A DNA stretch of 64,000 bases, from contig CAYQUF010000005.1 in NCBI GenBank assembly GCA_964420595.1, forward strand, positions 187 to 64,186, in the 5' to 3' direction. Both the position numbers and the translations under genes were made by a program. Below the pieces are notes generated by a model that was not told where the DNA came from, did no database searches, and saw only the letters and a program-made list of their open reading frames with translations. This document shows positions 1-9,549 of the stretch, piece by piece (position 1 is the first letter of the stretch; every line of letters begins with the position of its first letter). This stretch comes from an uncultured bacterium. GTDB taxonomy: Bacteria > Cyanobacteriota > Cyanobacteriia > Cyanobacteriales > Geitlerinemataceae.

Positions 1-387
1 ATGCCCCTGGGCGATCGCGAATTTGCCATTGTCGATACGCCGGGAATGTACTCGCTGCTGCCAATTACGGATGAAGAACGGGTAGCGCGGGACTTACTGC
101 TCGATACCTCGGTGGATCTCGTCATTCACGTCATCGACGCCAAAAATCTGGGACGGATGCTCCCGCTGACCTTGCAACTGATCGAAGCAGGCTTACCGGT
201 GTTGCTGGCGATCAACATGATGGACGAAGCCGAACGCATCGGCTTGCAAGTCCGACAAGAACATTTGGAAGCCGAACTCGGGATTCCCGTCATCACCCTC
301 ACCGCCACTCAACGGGTTGGCGTGCGAATTTTGAAGCAAAGGATAGCCGATTATGTTAACGCGCCTCAATTATCCCCCACCCCTTGA
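1..387 (+). CDS. feoB: Ferrous iron transporter FeoB, GTPase (G) domain; 5'-partial at window edge and ending early relative to single-chain FeoB
   Basis: Frame-1 ORF runs from the window edge. It carries G3 'DTPG' and G4 'NMMD' GTPase motifs. TGA at 385-387 falls where the FeoB helical domain should start. Confidence 0.85.
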   Translation: MPLGDREFAIVDTPGMYSLLPITDEERVARDLLLDTSVDLVIHVIDAKNLGRMLPLTLQLIEAGLPVLLAINMMDEAERIGLQVRQEHLEAELGIPVITLTATQRVGVRILKQRIADYVNAPQLSPTP

Positions 388-1813
388 AGATGCGATCGCG
401 CGGGTGGAATCGATCGTCTCACGGGAAGCTGAGGATTCGAGGCTGCGTTCGTCTTCCCTAGCACCGCGCAGCATCGCACTGCTCGTGTTACAACAAGACC
501 CAACCTTCTGGCAATACGCCCAGGACAGTCCGTATTTTGACGAATATTGTAACGCGATGGATCGATTGCAACATCATCTCGACGAACCCGTCGGAGCGAC
601 GATTGCCGGAACGCGCCAGCAATTGGCTCAAACCCTCGAACAAAATACATTGGTCGAACCACCCCTCGAACGCATCCTGTGGAACGATCGCCTGCACAAA
701 TTGACCGTCAATCCGCTGACAGGGTTTCCAATTTTATTGGTAATTCTGTATTTCGGGATCTATAAGTTTGTCGGCGAATTCGGTGCGGGGACCTTAGTCG
801 ATGCGATCGAAGGCTTTTTTGAAGCCAACATCAATCCCGCCGTCGATCGATTCACCGAAACCCTGATTCCGTGGGAACCCATTCAAGAGTTAATCGCCCA
901 AGATTACGGCATTATCACCCTGGGAATTCGCTACGCCGTAGCAATTGTCTTGCCCGTGGTTTCCACCTATTTTCTTATATTTTCGATTCTCGAAGATAGC
1001 GGTTACCTGCCCCGTTTGTCTTTGATGCTCGATCGCCTGTTTAAATCCATCGGACTCTCCGGTCGTGCCGTGATTCCAATGGTTTTAGGGTTCGGTTGCG
1101 ACACGATGGCAACAATGGTTACGCGCACCCTAGAAACCAAGCGGGAGCGAATTTTAACGGTATTTTTACTATCGCTAGCGATTCCCTGCGCGGCACAGTG
1201 GGGGGTGATGGTCGGAATTTTGGCACAACGACCCGCCGCCTTACTCGCCTGGGGGGGCATTATCGCCCTGATTTTTCTAGGCGTCGGCTATGCCAGTTCT
1301 CGATTACTTCCCGGTCGCAAAGCCGATTTTTACATGGAAGTGCCGCCGTTACGGTTGCCCAAAGTGCAAAATATCCTCATGAAAACCTACGTTCGCATGA
1401 AGTGGTATTTTTGGGAAATTATTCCCCTGTTTATTTGGGCATCGGTGTTTATTTGGATCGGTCGGTTGACGGGACTATTCGATCTAATTATTCGCGGCTT
1501 GGAATACGTCGTCGCTTGGATCGGTCTTCCCTCCCAAGCCGCTCCGATTCTGCTCTACGGATTCTTCCGACGCGATTACGGTGCGGCGGGTTTGTTTGAC
1601 TTGCAGCAAGACGGCGTGTTTAATGGCAATCAATTGTTAATTGCAGCAGTGGTTTTGACGTTATTCTTACCCTGTATTGCCCAATTGCAGGTGATGCTGA
1701 AGGAGCAAGGTTGGAAGATTTCGACGGCGATGGTGGCGTTTATTGTTCCGTTTGCCCTATTCGTCGGATTTATTGTCAATCTCGTGTTAACGGGGTTGGG
1801 CATTAATTTGTAG
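353..1813 (+). CDS. feoB: FeoB helical and membrane permease domains, in frame 2, overlapping the G-domain ORF by 35 nt
   Basis: 'LNYPPPLEDAIARVE' is the usual post-G-domain segment. It is followed by many hydrophobic helices and the 'GFGCDTMATM' string. The frame is open only from 347 (TAG at 344-346). Confidence 0.85.
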   Translation: MLTRLNYPPPLEDAIARVESIVSREAEDSRLRSSSLAPRSIALLVLQQDPTFWQYAQDSPYFDEYCNAMDRLQHHLDEPVGATIAGTRQQLAQTLEQNTLVEPPLERILWNDRLHKLTVNPLTGFPILLVILYFGIYKFVGEFGAGTLVDAIEGFFEANINPAVDRFTETLIPWEPIQELIAQDYGIITLGIRYAVAIVLPVVSTYFLIFSILEDSGYLPRLSLMLDRLFKSIGLSGRAVIPMVLGFGCDTMATMVTRTLETKRERILTVFLLSLAIPCAAQWGVMVGILAQRPAALLAWGGIIALIFLGVGYASSRLLPGRKADFYMEVPPLRLPKVQNILMKTYVRMKWYFWEIIPLFIWASVFIWIGRLTGLFDLIIRGLEYVVAWIGLPSQAAPILLYGFFRRDYGAAGLFDLQQDGVFNGNQLLIAAVVLTLFLPCIAQLQVMLKEQGWKISTAMVAFIVPFALFVGFIVNLVLTGLGINL

Positions 1814-1855
1814 GCAAAGGTTTGACATGTTCTCGATTGGAGTGATTGATTCAAG

Positions 1856-2071
1856 ATGATTGCACTATCTTCTGTAAAATCCGGACATAAAGGGACAGTT
1901 GCGGTCTTAGACACCCGCGATGCGACGGTGTTGAGCAAGTTGCAGGCGATGGGAGTTTATCCGGGAACGCGGATTCACCTGGAACGGCGATTTCCCTCGT
2001 ATATTGTGAAAGTGGGGCGAACTCGGGCGGCGTTTGATAAGGAAACGGCGCAGAAGATCTTCATTCATTAA
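1856..2071 (+). CDS. feoA: FeoA family small iron-transport protein
   Basis: 71 aa with a FeoA-like SH3 pattern ('GHKGTVAVL...LQAMGVYPGTRIHLERRFP...IVKVG'). It lies directly downstream of feoB. Confidence 0.8.
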   Translation: MIALSSVKSGHKGTVAVLDTRDATVLSKLQAMGVYPGTRIHLERRFPSYIVKVGRTRAAFDKETAQKIFIH

Positions 2072-2087
2072 TGAAATGAATTGAGTC

Positions 2088-2117
2088 GGGGTGGACAAGG
2101 TTGTCCGCCCTTTTTTT
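2088..2117 (+). terminator. Rho-independent terminator after feoA
   Basis: Stem GGTGGACAA (2090-2098) pairs with TTGTCCGCC (2101-2109) across a GG loop, with one G-T wobble. A T7 run follows at 2111-2117. Confidence 0.75.
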
Positions 2118-2345
2118 GGTTTGAATGTGAGGGCGATTTGAGATGGTTCTGGTATCTCGGATTCGATCTGAAATTCGGTTGTAGGCTTGTTAATTTTATG
2201 GAAAGGTGGGCATTGCTAGTTTCTAGGGATCGGCTCCATTGCAAATCGATCGGCAATTCCCACCCTACGGTATGACTTCTATGTTAGCTAAATTCAGGCA
2301 TACTGAGGGGTAGCGCACGTCACTAACAACTGCTTTACCAAAACC

Positions 2346-4541
2346 ATGACCCGATCGCATTTTAAACTTGCCGATAGTCTTTGGCTGCTATTCTTAATTA
2401 CAATAACAATTACATTCACCTGCATTTATATCGCCAGCGAACGGACATTTTACTGGTGGGATTTCGTTATCTACCAATATCGCACCCTCGATATTTGGAA
2501 TGCATGGCAAGAGTCACCCACAGTGGCATTCGATCGCGTATTGGACTCCCTTAGCGATGATTATAACAAACTCTATACCCTGCCACTCTTGCCATTTTTA
2601 TTCATTTTAGAACCGTCGCGACTGGCGTTTGTCCTCGGAATTGTGGTGGCGTATCAGCTTCCGTTTAGTTTGGCGTTGGGTGCGATTGCGACGAAGCTGA
2701 TTCCAGGCAATCCTAGACTGGTTTTCGGTTCGACGGTGGTGTTGGCGTTCCTAACTCCAGGGACGTGGGTGCCGTCGTTACGCGGATTTCCCGACATTGG
2801 CGGTGCATTTTTGCTATTGCTGGCAATCTGGATTTATTTACACGATATTCGCTTAAAACGCTGGTGGCAAATTCCGTTAATCGGTCTAACTATTGGTGCT
2901 GCAATTCTGTTTCGCCGTCACTTTGCGTATGGTGGCGTGGCATTTTTTGCTAGCGCGATCGCGCAGAATTGTATTTGCTTTGTACGCAACTTTAGACAAT
3001 CTAAATGGACGGCTTGGCAAGATTTTATCAATACAGGATTAAAACTATTCGCGATCGCTCTAATTAGCTTTTTGACGCTCGCCATTTTTGCTTGGAATTT
3101 CACCCATCGCGCCTTAACCGTTAATTATCGTTCGATTTACGAATCTTGGAGCCTTCCCGTCGATCGCATCTTAGAATTCTATGCCTTTCATTACGGCTGG
3201 ATTGCGTGGGGATTGGCAATCGCGGGATTGACTGTCGGATTGACAACGGGAAAATTAGCGCGATCGCGCATTGGTTTCATTGCTTTATTCGGAATCTTTA
3301 GCGCCATTGAATGGTTATTTTTACTGCGATACGACTCAATTCACTACACCCTGCATCTCGCGCCAATTGTAATCTTAGGCTTAACCGTCGGATTGTGGGC
3401 AATTTTGCGCCTACTCGACGGTCGAGTTCAAAAAATTAGTTTAAGTCTGGTTTGCTTGTATTTGTTTGCCAATGGCGCGATCGGACTGACCCCAATTGCA
3501 ACCTTTTATACGCCATTTCGTCCCCTATTTGCCGCCAGCTATCCGCCATTAGTCCGACAAGATTACGACACCTTAGTCGAACTCATCTCGCAACTCCACC
3601 AACTCGCACCCGATGGCGACCCCATCTATTTAGCTTCCCATTCCGGCGTATTCAATCGCTCGCTGGCTCGAAATGCCGATTGGCAATTGCACCAAAATAG
3701 CAAAATCCCCCCCTCCTGTTCGCCACCCTGCGGGTCGATGAACTTCCTGGGAATCCAACAACTCGACTCCGTTGGCACCTATCCAATTCAAACCCTGTTA
3801 AACGCGCAATACGTCGCCGTCGCCAAACCATTTCAATATCGGGTCAATCCCGACGAACAGGATGTCACGAAAGTCACCGCCGATGCCTTTGTGGAGGATT
3901 GGACAATTGCCCGAGACTTCGATAAATTACCCGTGCAATTCGCGCTGCAAGATAAGATTTTAGGCGGCGTTCACGGCAACCTTCCCGCCGATTACCGACC
4001 CGACAACCCGGTGGAAATCGAACTTTACCGACGTCGCCGTCCGACAACCCTTGAAACCACCCTGCAAACCCTGGCAAAAATGCGTCGCCAAATCGGTTCG
4101 CTGACCAATCCATACGCAGATTGGATCGTGTTAAACAGTCCGTCTCCCTCTTGGGTCGAACCGCTGCCAACCGGGAACGATCGCCTTCAACTCCACGCAG
4201 GCGATCGCGATTTAACCTCGGACAATGCTACCATTTTGTTTTATTTAGGCGAACTGCCAGAACGATCGCGCCTGCAGGGAAGCGTCACCTTTCAAACTCC
4301 CGATTGTCCTGGCGTTTCGTTAATCATTTCTACGATTGGCGATCGCGGACAAATTCTATCCCAAACCAGCGATCGCATTCTCGCCAATTCTACGACTTCT
4401 CAACTCGATCTCGCCATCGACGCACGCAACGCCACCTACCTCATGCTGCAAGTCACCCCCAAGTCCCCCGATATTCCCATCGACTATTGCAGCTTCAGCG
4501 TCGATCGATTAGCATTTTCCGAGATTCATGGGGCGCAATAG
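2346..4541 (+). CDS. Polytopic membrane protein with large C-terminal soluble domain; GT-C-like (ArnT/PMT-like) glycosyltransferase candidate, paralogue 1
   Basis: 731 aa with about 10-12 hydrophobic helices. It has an acidic/aromatic first loop 'ERTFYWWDF'. It is 56% identical over 164 hand-aligned residues to the next gene. Confidence 0.6.
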   Translation: MTRSHFKLADSLWLLFLITITITFTCIYIASERTFYWWDFVIYQYRTLDIWNAWQESPTVAFDRVLDSLSDDYNKLYTLPLLPFLFILEPSRLAFVLGIVVAYQLPFSLALGAIATKLIPGNPRLVFGSTVVLAFLTPGTWVPSLRGFPDIGGAFLLLLAIWIYLHDIRLKRWWQIPLIGLTIGAAILFRRHFAYGGVAFFASAIAQNCICFVRNFRQSKWTAWQDFINTGLKLFAIALISFLTLAIFAWNFTHRALTVNYRSIYESWSLPVDRILEFYAFHYGWIAWGLAIAGLTVGLTTGKLARSRIGFIALFGIFSAIEWLFLLRYDSIHYTLHLAPIVILGLTVGLWAILRLLDGRVQKISLSLVCLYLFANGAIGLTPIATFYTPFRPLFAASYPPLVRQDYDTLVELISQLHQLAPDGDPIYLASHSGVFNRSLARNADWQLHQNSKIPPSCSPPCGSMNFLGIQQLDSVGTYPIQTLLNAQYVAVAKPFQYRVNPDEQDVTKVTADAFVEDWTIARDFDKLPVQFALQDKILGGVHGNLPADYRPDNPVEIELYRRRRPTTLETTLQTLAKMRRQIGSLTNPYADWIVLNSPSPSWVEPLPTGNDRLQLHAGDRDLTSDNATILFYLGELPERSRLQGSVTFQTPDCPGVSLIISTIGDRGQILSQTSDRILANSTTSQLDLAIDARNATYLMLQVTPKSPDIPIDYCSFSVDRLAFSEIHGAQ

Positions 4542-4559
4542 GGGTTTGGATTCGTTGCA

Positions 4560-6641
4560 ATGGCTGACATTTCACTCGATCGCAAGCGACAGTTTCTCCT
4601 GGATGCGGGTATCTTAGTTTTACTGATATTCGCCACCCTCGCGATCGCACTGCTCTACGTTTCCCGCGAGCAAACCTTCTATTGGTGGGATCTCGACTCC
4701 TATCACTTTCAAGCGATGGAAGTCCTGGCAAGATTTCGCGACTCTCCCAGCGACGCCATGCAGGGAATCCTCGCTTCCCTCAACCAAGATTACAGCCAGC
4801 TCTACATCGTGCCGCTCTTGCCGTTCGTGCTGGCATTCGGCGACTCGCGCATCGTGTATATTACAGGAGTAGTCTTGGCGTACGTCGTTCCCCTAGCGCT
4901 TCTGTGCGGCGCGATCGCCACGCGATTGATTTCGTATTCCCCCCGTCCCGTCTTTTGGTCTACCGTGGTGCTGGCATTGCTAACGCCGTTGGTGTGGATT
5001 CCCAGCTTGCGAGGATTTCCCGATACGGGGGGAGCGGTGTTGATGTTGCTCGCCGTGTGGATTTACCTGCACGACCTGCAATTGCGTCGGTGGTGGCAAA
5101 TCGTCGGGATTGGAATTGCGATCGCCGCTGCTATTTTATTTCGCCGTCCCTTCGCCTATAACGCCATCGCCTTCATTCTCGCCGCACTCGTCCAAGCAGT
5201 GGTCTATTTTGGCATCGAAGTCCGCAGACGCCGACCGAAAGCGTGGCGCAACTTACTCCAATCCCTACAACGCATTGGTCTGACCGTCCTCGCCGGCTTC
5301 GTCGCCATGGCGATTTTTGCCTTTGGATTCGTCCAACGCGCACTTACCGTCGATTATCGCGACCTTTACACCTCGTGGAGCCAACCGGTCAGTTACATGA
5401 TTCAGTATTATGGTTCCAAATACGGTTGGGGAACCTGGGTGCTGGCGATTGCGGGATTCGGGTTGGCAATCCTGAAGCGAGTGGCGAATCGTCCGGTTGC
5501 CCTATTTTTAGCACTCTACGGCACCTTCTCCCTGCTACCGTGGTTGCTGCTGTTGCGCTACAGTTCCATTCACTACACCCTGCAAGTAACGCCGGTGGTG
5601 GTATTGGGACTATCTGCCTTGTTGTGGACGGGAGCAATTGCCTGGAAACAGCCGCTTCGTCCAGCCATTTTAGGCATCGGTTGCGTTTACCTGTTCGCCA
5701 ACGCCATCTTCGGACTAACCCCCCTGGGACAATTTGAATCCGCCGTACGTCCCGTCTTCGCCGATAGCTATCCGCCGCTGGTGCGCAGCGACTATCGAGA
5801 TATTCTGAAATTGGTGGACTACTTGCGCCAAACCACCGAACCGGGAGCGTCGATTTACGTCACCGAAAACTCTCGCCTGCTCAATCTCAGCGTGTTGCGA
5901 AATGCCGAACGCCAGCGGTACGGACGGGAAGACGTTCGACTGAATTTCCTCAACGTTCCCTTGGTCGATTCTCGCGATCCCTATCCGATTGAAGCGTTGC
6001 TCCAGGCGGACTACGTGCTGTTGGCGAAACCGTTTGACAACTTTTTGCCGTTGGAAGAGGCGGACGTGTTGAAAACGGTCTTTGACGCTTTCGTGCAAAA
6101 TTGGGCAATTGCCAAAGATTTCCAACCCCTTCCCCAGCAATTTTCCTTGGACAATGGCGTGACAGCGACCCTCTACCGACGCACTCGTCCCACCTCGACC
6201 CCCGTGGCGATTCAAACCCTCGACCGAATGCGATCGCAAATTGGCAAGGTGTCGCAACAGCCAGATTGGATTGGGTTAACGCCACAGGCGGCTGAGATTG
6301 CCGAAACGGTTCCCAATACCTACCGCATCCGCACTGAGGGAAACGCCGAATTGCTGTATATCGACCAGTTACCCAAGTCGATCCGGATTCGGGGGAACGC
6401 TCGCCTCGAAGACCCGCCAGCGTGCGCGGAAACGACCGTGCAATTGAGCGTGTTGGGGCAAAACGGAAGCGCGATCGCCCAACGCCAGATCCCCCTCAAA
6501 CCCGACGGTTCCACGCCTCTGGAGGCAACTCTGACGCGATCCGGGGCAAATTACGTCCGTCTCGACCTCGCCAGCCAAACCGGCGCAAATGATTGTACGA
6601 TAACCCTCGATCGCCTAACTGTCACCCAAGCCACGCCTTAA
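4560..6641 (+). CDS. Polytopic membrane protein, GT-C-like glycosyltransferase candidate, paralogue 2
   Basis: 693 aa with the same architecture and shared strings ('PSLRGFPD.GGA', 'WIYLHD', 'RWWQI', 'AAILFRR.FAY', 'YRR.RPT'). It starts 18 nt after paralogue 1. Confidence 0.6.
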   Translation: MADISLDRKRQFLLDAGILVLLIFATLAIALLYVSREQTFYWWDLDSYHFQAMEVLARFRDSPSDAMQGILASLNQDYSQLYIVPLLPFVLAFGDSRIVYITGVVLAYVVPLALLCGAIATRLISYSPRPVFWSTVVLALLTPLVWIPSLRGFPDTGGAVLMLLAVWIYLHDLQLRRWWQIVGIGIAIAAAILFRRPFAYNAIAFILAALVQAVVYFGIEVRRRRPKAWRNLLQSLQRIGLTVLAGFVAMAIFAFGFVQRALTVDYRDLYTSWSQPVSYMIQYYGSKYGWGTWVLAIAGFGLAILKRVANRPVALFLALYGTFSLLPWLLLLRYSSIHYTLQVTPVVVLGLSALLWTGAIAWKQPLRPAILGIGCVYLFANAIFGLTPLGQFESAVRPVFADSYPPLVRSDYRDILKLVDYLRQTTEPGASIYVTENSRLLNLSVLRNAERQRYGREDVRLNFLNVPLVDSRDPYPIEALLQADYVLLAKPFDNFLPLEEADVLKTVFDAFVQNWAIAKDFQPLPQQFSLDNGVTATLYRRTRPTSTPVAIQTLDRMRSQIGKVSQQPDWIGLTPQAAEIAETVPNTYRIRTEGNAELLYIDQLPKSIRIRGNARLEDPPACAETTVQLSVLGQNGSAIAQRQIPLKPDGSTPLEATLTRSGANYVRLDLASQTGANDCTITLDRLTVTQATP

Positions 6642-6643
6642 CC

Positions 6644-7456
6644 ATGCGCGACCCATCCAACCCCAATATTCTCAAAAAAGAGCGCGAATTTCACGATCGC
6701 TGGGCAGCCACCATCGATGTAGACGGCATCCGCGTCCGCGATTACTTCGAGGCACCCACGGCACCGGAAAACCGCTTTATCCTGCAACATTTGGGCGATT
6801 TGCGCGGCAAGTCCCTGCTGGATCTCGGTTGCGGAGCGGGAGAAAATAGCGTCTATTTTGCCCGTCAGGGAGCCAATTGCGTGGCGAGCGACTGTTCGCC
6901 GGGAATGGTGCAAACGGCGCAAAAATTGGCAGCGGCGAATGGAGTCCAACTGGAGGGACGGGTTATCGATGCGAAGGCGATCGATTTTCCCGATAATTGC
7001 TTCGATGTCGTCTATGCGTCCAACCTGCTCCACCACATCCCCGACGTATCCGTGACGTTGCGGGAGATGCACCGGGTGCTGAAACCGGGGGGGAAGGCGT
7101 GTTTTTGGGATCCGTTGACCCACAATCCCGTCATTAACGTCTATCGCCGCATGGCGAGTGCAGTGCGAACCGAAGACGAACATCCCCTCGATATCGAGAT
7201 TGTCGGCGAGATCGAATCGCGATTTTCCCGCGTGGATTGGGATACCTTCTGGCTGGCGACCCTGTGGATTTTCTTGCAGTTTTACCTGGTCGAACGGGTT
7301 CACCCCAACGAAGACCGCTATTGGAAAAAGATTATCCGAGAACGCGATCGCTTGGAGGCGACCTATCGGCGACTGGAAACCTTCGACCGCTGGTTGAAGC
7401 GAATTCCGGGAATGAAGCGGATGGCGTGGAATCTGGCGGTGGTGGCGACCAAGTAA
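6644..7456 (+). CDS. Class I SAM-dependent methyltransferase
   Basis: Motif I 'LLDLGCGAGENS' and post-I 'ASDCS', plus 'LKPGG'. ATG 6644 is preferred because it starts 2 nt after the upstream stop; the tracked ORF start at 6593 overlaps that gene. Confidence 0.85.
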   Translation: MRDPSNPNILKKEREFHDRWAATIDVDGIRVRDYFEAPTAPENRFILQHLGDLRGKSLLDLGCGAGENSVYFARQGANCVASDCSPGMVQTAQKLAAANGVQLEGRVIDAKAIDFPDNCFDVVYASNLLHHIPDVSVTLREMHRVLKPGGKACFWDPLTHNPVINVYRRMASAVRTEDEHPLDIEIVGEIESRFSRVDWDTFWLATLWIFLQFYLVERVHPNEDRYWKKIIRERDRLEATYRRLETFDRWLKRIPGMKRMAWNLAVVATK

Positions 7457-7605
7457 AATCCGGTTGCAGGGTGTCCTCGCCACTTTGTGTCCTTTGTGTC
7501 TTTGTGGTGGAATGACGTGGCACAATAGCGGCAGGATCGGAACTCCCCCGCCTCTGAAGGCGACTACAATAGTGGCGATCGCCCGCAGACTGTCACTTTA
7601 ATCTT

Positions 7606-8679
7606 ATGAAAGCACTGATTCTCTCCGGTGGAAAAGGAACCCGCTTGCGACCCCTGACCTATACGGGAGCCAAACAACTCGTTCCCGTTGCCAATCAGCC
7701 AATTTTGTGGTATGGCATTCAAAGTATTGTCGCCGCTGGAATTACCGATATCGGGATTATTATCAGTCCCGAAACGGGGGATGAAGTTAAAGAAATCACC
7801 GGAGATGGCGATCGGTTTGGGGCGAAGATTACTTACATTCTCCAAGACGAACCCGCCGGACTCGCCCACGCAGTCAAAATTGCCCAACCCTTTCTCGGCG
7901 ATTCCCCGTTCGTGATGTATTTGGGCGATAACTTAATTCAAAATGACCTCAATCCCTTTTTAGAGGCGTTTAAATCCCAACAGCTCGATAGCTTGATTTT
8001 ATTGCGTCCCGTTGCCAATCCCACGGCATTTGGCGTAGCAAAAGTAGACGATCGCGGTCGGGTGTTGCAATTGCTCGAAAAACCGAAAGACCCGCCGTCG
8101 AATTTGGCATTGGTGGGGGTTTACTTTTTCTCGAAGACCATCCATCAGGCGATCGCCAACATCCAACCCTCGGCGCGCGGCGAACTGGAAATTACCGATG
8201 CCATTCAATACCTAATCGATCGCCAGTATAACATCGAATCTCGCACCCTAGACGGCTGGTGGTTGGATACGGGGAAAAAAGACGATCTCCTCAGTGCCAA
8301 TCAAATTATCCTCGATTCTTGCATCCAACCGTCGATTAATGGCGAAGTGGACGATCGCAGTAAAATTATCGGTCGGGTTCAAATTGAAGCCGGAACGAAG
8401 ATCGTCAATAGCACCATTCGCGGTCCGGCAATTATTGGCAAAGATTGCTATATCGAACATTGTTTTGTCGGACCTTACAGCAGTATTGGCAGCGACGTCA
8501 CCCTAGTCGAATCGGAGTTGGAACACAGCGTGATTTTGCAAGGGGCAAAAATTGCCAATATCGAGCATCGCATTGTCGATAGCTTGATCGGACGGCGAGC
8601 CATTATTGGCGTGGCACCGCCGCGTCCCAAAGCCGTGCGATTTATGATCGGCGACGATTGTCATGTGGAATTAGTATAG
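7606..8679 (+). CDS. Sugar-1-phosphate nucleotidyltransferase, long form (glucose-1-phosphate thymidylyltransferase-like) with C-terminal left-handed beta-helix
   Basis: N-terminus 'MKALILSGGKGTRLRPLTYTGAKQLVPV' is the nucleotidyltransferase signature. The 357-aa length and hexapeptide-like C-terminal region fit the long form. Confidence 0.85.
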   Translation: MKALILSGGKGTRLRPLTYTGAKQLVPVANQPILWYGIQSIVAAGITDIGIIISPETGDEVKEITGDGDRFGAKITYILQDEPAGLAHAVKIAQPFLGDSPFVMYLGDNLIQNDLNPFLEAFKSQQLDSLILLRPVANPTAFGVAKVDDRGRVLQLLEKPKDPPSNLALVGVYFFSKTIHQAIANIQPSARGELEITDAIQYLIDRQYNIESRTLDGWWLDTGKKDDLLSANQIILDSCIQPSINGEVDDRSKIIGRVQIEAGTKIVNSTIRGPAIIGKDCYIEHCFVGPYSSIGSDVTLVESELEHSVILQGAKIANIEHRIVDSLIGRRAIIGVAPPRPKAVRFMIGDDCHVELV

Positions 8680-8703
8680 AGTTAGCCGATCTCAGTCTGA
8701 CTC

Positions 8704-9549
8704 GTGACCATCTATTTGATTATCGTCAACTATTATTCTGCCGATTTAATTGCAAAGTTAGCGCGATCGCTCCCGATTGTCACTCGGCAAGATTATCGAG
8801 TAATTATTGTCAATAATTCCCCCGAAGACACTGGAGTCGATCGCTTCCAACCGCAGGCAATTATTTTGAATGCCGATCGCAATCTAGGATTCGGCGTCGG
8901 CTGCAATATTGGCTTAAATTGGGTGTATCGCAAAGATCCCAATGCGATCGCGTGGATTATTAACCCCGACACGCAATTAACCGACAATGCCTTAGACAAA
9001 GTCGGTGGTTGGTTTGACAAATATCCCGACATCGCCATCGCCGGAACGGTAATTTACGAAAACGATGGCGCGATTTGGTTTGCGGGGGGCGATTTCGAGC
9101 CCAAAACCGGAACCATTGCCGTTCGACGTCAATCCAAAACCGAAACAGATTGCGATCGCTGCGATTGGATTAGCGGTTGCAGTTTGTTGCTCAACTTTTC
9201 GAACTTTCCCACTTGTCCGCAATTCGATCCGGCGTACTTTTTATATTACGAAGACTTCGATTTATGTCGCCGCTACGCTACCCTGGGATACAAAATCGCG
9301 ATCGCCCCCAACATTGGCATTATTCACAGTCCTTCCCGCATTGCCAACCGCAACTTAGGCGATAAATTTAAATACAGCACCCACGGTTATTTATTAGCCC
9401 TGCACCGATACGCCCATCCCGCTGCATTTTACTGGCGATTGATGCGATTGCTCGCGCGCGCGCTGACCCTGCTTCCCTTCAAAACGGCGATCGGACTTGG
9501 TAAACTGGCGGGTGTAGTGCGTTACGGACAGCGATCGATTCGACCTTGA
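8704..9549 (+). CDS. Glycosyltransferase family 2
   Basis: 'IIVNNSPED', 'LGFGVGCNIG' and 'YYEDFDLCRR' are typical of GT2 rhamnosyltransferase-like enzymes. The start is GTG. Confidence 0.8.
   Translation: MTIYLIIVNYYSADLIAKLARSLPIVTRQDYRVIIVNNSPEDTGVDRFQPQAIILNADRNLGFGVGCNIGLNWVYRKDPNAIAWIINPDTQLTDNALDKVGGWFDKYPDIAIAGTVIYENDGAIWFAGGDFEPKTGTIAVRRQSKTETDCDRCDWISGCSLLLNFSNFPTCPQFDPAYFLYYEDFDLCRRYATLGYKIAIAPNIGIIHSPSRIANRNLGDKFKYSTHGYLLALHRYAHPAAFYWRLMRLLARALTLLPFKTAIGLGKLAGVVRYGQRSIRP

Noticed and set aside
6638-7525. 295-aa ORF antisense to the SAM methyltransferase gene
   Set aside because: It is Arg/His/Gly/Pro-rich with no motifs. It fully overlaps a gene with clear methyltransferase motifs, which is typical of shadow ORFs in GC-rich coding DNA.
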